Shown: in pieces, positions 62,001 to 64,000 of the stretch
Layout of the letters: each line of letters starts with the position of its first letter
Position numbering within the stretch: position 1 is the stretch's first letter
NCBI RefSeq assembly: GCF_030684315.1
Contig: NC_081360.1
Coordinates: 23,539,033 to 23,603,032, forward strand
DNA length: 64,000 bases
DNA from: Stegostoma tigrinum
Lineage: Eukaryota
Reading direction: 5' to 3'
Position numbers and translations under genes: made by a program
The notes under the pieces: generated by a model
What the model was told of the DNA's origin: nothing
What the model saw: only the letters and a program-made list of their open reading frames with translations
Databases searched by the model: none

Positions 62001-62776
62001 CACCTACTCCTCACATGTTCCCAGTGGCAGCTGAAGAATCAGTTGCTGATGCACTCTGGCATTTCCCCACCTCACCTTGGCAGTCTCACTGAATTCTAGG
62101 GCACAACCAGGAAGATGGCGGAATTTGAATTTGTTAAATGTCTGGTATTAGGAGTCAAACAATGACTATGAAACCATTGCCAATTGTCAGGGGAAAAAAA
62201 ACCCATCTGGCTCACCGATGCCCTTTCGAAAAGGGAACTGCCACCCTTACCTGGCCTGGCCTACACATGACTCCAACACGCACAGCAATATAGCTGGCAC
62301 TTAACTGCTCTTAGGGCAATCAGGGAGAAATTAATAATTGTTGGCCCAGCCAGGGATGCCCACATTCCATGAGTGGATTTAAAAAAAGTTAATTCCAGTT
62401 AAATATATAAGAAATTAAATTGGAATATATGAAAACATTTAGAATTTATAGTTGTGCTAAAACTGGAGTGGAGAACCTAAGCCTATCCAAGCCTGGATCA
62501 GTTGAATAAGTACGGCAAGGAAAGGTTAACTGGGAGAACCGGTTGTTGAGGCCAATTCAATTGCAAAATTTACACATCTATAAGACATAAGAGGGTACAT
62601 TTACCATTACTCAGAATAATGAGCTTAAAATAAAAGATTACCTCTTCATCACTTTCAAAGGAGGCTGATTCACTGCTGCTGTCCATGAATGCATCTCTGC
62701 TGTCCATGCACTGTAGATACACATCAACGACTGCACCAAAGGAATAGCTAACGCGGCTTTGGCATGTGGTCATTTT
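58851..62776 (-). CDS. spp2: 3' part of secreted phosphoprotein 24 (probable canonical spp2, or a further paralog). Exons 62642-62776, 59786-59836, 58851-59009; the 5' exons lie right of the window
   Basis: Phase-0 GT-AG exons give KMTTCQSRVSYSFGAVVDVYLQCMDSRDAFMDSSSESASFESDEE-MWYRRRQPKFQDEYYSS-VDWNYQNNKQFPQSRGNDANPRRPNKQGKPLSQGLSSRKKPNRKQNQESKVE*. This reproduces the SPP2 order (C-x17-C loop, poly-Ser/Glu ending S.EE, next exon starting with M, basic tail). Confidence 0.75.
59786..59836 (-). CDS. spp2: spp2 exon (51 nt) MWYRRRQPKFQDEYYSS
   Basis: ttgcag/gtaagt. Confidence 0.72.
60840..61392 (+). mobile_element. Rex1/Babar-like LINE 3' fragment with (AATC)n tail, in a spp2 intron
   Basis: RLYFLRRLRKFGMS..TNF..IE.ILSGC.T.WYGNCS motif. 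Confidence 0.75.
62642..62776 (-). CDS. spp2: spp2 exon (135 nt; TRH1/BMP-binding-type loop plus phosphoserine cluster)
   Basis: tgcag|AAA ATG...GAA GAG|gtaatc; overlaps track ORF 62570..62773. Confidence 0.85.
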
Positions 62777-62879
62777 CTGCAGCAGTGAAATAAAGATCAG
62801 TTTATCTAATTAACTTGATAATTGGAGGTGAATTAAAACAGTTGATCATGAGAATAAAACAAATAAGATTCAGGGTCGA

Positions 62880-63990
62880 TCACATGCAGTACGATCATGG
62901 CTGATCTTCTTCCTCAGTCCCAATTTCCTTCCCACTCCCCATTGCCTGTGACTTCCCTCGATGTCATAAACAGAACTGTCAGTTGTAGTCCTGAATTTAT
63001 TCACTGATGGAACATTGGCAGCCTCCTAGGATAGAGGATTCCAAAGATTCGTAGTATACTCAGTTACCAAGCAAAATTCTCCTCATCTTAGTTTTAAATA
63101 GTTAACCTTTAGCTCTGACTGTGCTGCAGATTCCCCAGTCGGCACAAACAAACTCTCAACCTTGTCATACCCCTGCAGAATATTATAGTTTCAATGACTG
63201 CACCTCTTATTGTTCTAAAAATCAGAGTATAAAGGCTTATTTTACTCCAACTCTCATCATAGAAAAGCTCTCTTAACCCAGGAATCCTGTGGTGCACTTC
63301 AGGTTCAACTATCTAGAAAGCAAGTGTATCCCCCTTTAGATGTGAAGACCAAATGTGAACACGGTGATTCCGGTAAGGTGTCAGTAAAGTTAACATAGAA
63401 TGTGAAACAGTACAGCACAAGAACAGGCCCTTTGGCCCATGATGTTGTGCTGAACATGATGCCAAATTAAACTAATCCCTTCTACCTGCCTTTGATCCGT
63501 ATCCCTCCATTCCTTGCATGTTCATGTGCTTATCTAAAAGCCTCTTAAATGCTACTAATGTATATGCCTTCACCATGACCCTGGCAGAACATTCCAGACT
63601 CCTACCACCCTCTGTGTAAAAAACTTGCCCCTCACACCTCCTTTGAACCTTTCCTCCCTCCTTTTAAATATATTAGATATTTCAATTCTGGGAAAAAGAT
63701 TCGAACCGTCAACACTATCTGTGCATCGCAAAAATTCATCGACTTCTATAAGATCTGCACAATTGTAGCAAGATTTCTTTATTCTCATACACCAACCTCC
63801 TACTCCTTGTCTTCCTAAATGCTTGGTGCACCTATATCTGAACTTTCTTGAGTTTCATGTACGACAACATCCAAATCCCCCCAATACAAATGTTTGATCG
63901 CTTGTCACCACTTTTAAAAATATTCTGTCTTATATTAAACCTCTAGAAACATCAATGATCTTGACATACATTATTACTTGCATCAAGAGG
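62880..63990 (-). mobile_element. nested CR1-type LINE fragments in a spp2 intron
   Basis: ORFs 63109-63297 and 63570-63788 (RGKFFTQRVVGVWN.LP). Confidence 0.75.
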
Positions 63991-64000
63991 AAGATGTTCT

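Noticed and set aside
1-64000. CRISPR arrays, operons or prokaryotic defence systems
   Set aside because: The sequence is intron-containing vertebrate DNA, and no regularly spaced repeat-spacer array is present.

Overview
This is eukaryotic, repeat-rich DNA from a vertebrate. The repeat set (CR1/L2 LINEs, Penelope-like elements, HE1-type tRNA SINEs, a Rex1/Babar LINE) points to a cartilaginous fish (shark); this is an inference. The ORF track mostly misses the host genes because they are split into small exons. Reading the minus strand for GT-AG exons reveals a tandem cluster of secreted phosphoprotein 24 (SPP2/Spp24; cystatin/cathelin-fold) genes. At the right edge is the 3' half of a canonical-looking spp2 (exons 62642-62776, 59786-59836, 58851-59009). 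Three closely related paralogs follow: copy 3 (46553->41624), copy 2 (22862->18955, complete, 209 aa) and copy 1 (4050->1637, running off the left edge). They share a signal peptide, an Spp24 domain, a TATA/Runx/AP-1/Fox promoter and an upstream conserved block, but differ sharply in the C-terminal tail. Copies 1 and 2 carry an array of 45-nt phase-0 micro-exons encoding S-x-E phosphosite-rich acidic repeats, an SCPP-like design. In copy 3 a 40-nt micro-exon shifts the frame and turns the tail into a 32-aa, +12 cationic peptide, a cathelicidin-like precursor layout. All gene models were assembled by eye from splice signals and paralog comparison, with no transcript data. Repeat boundaries are approximate.
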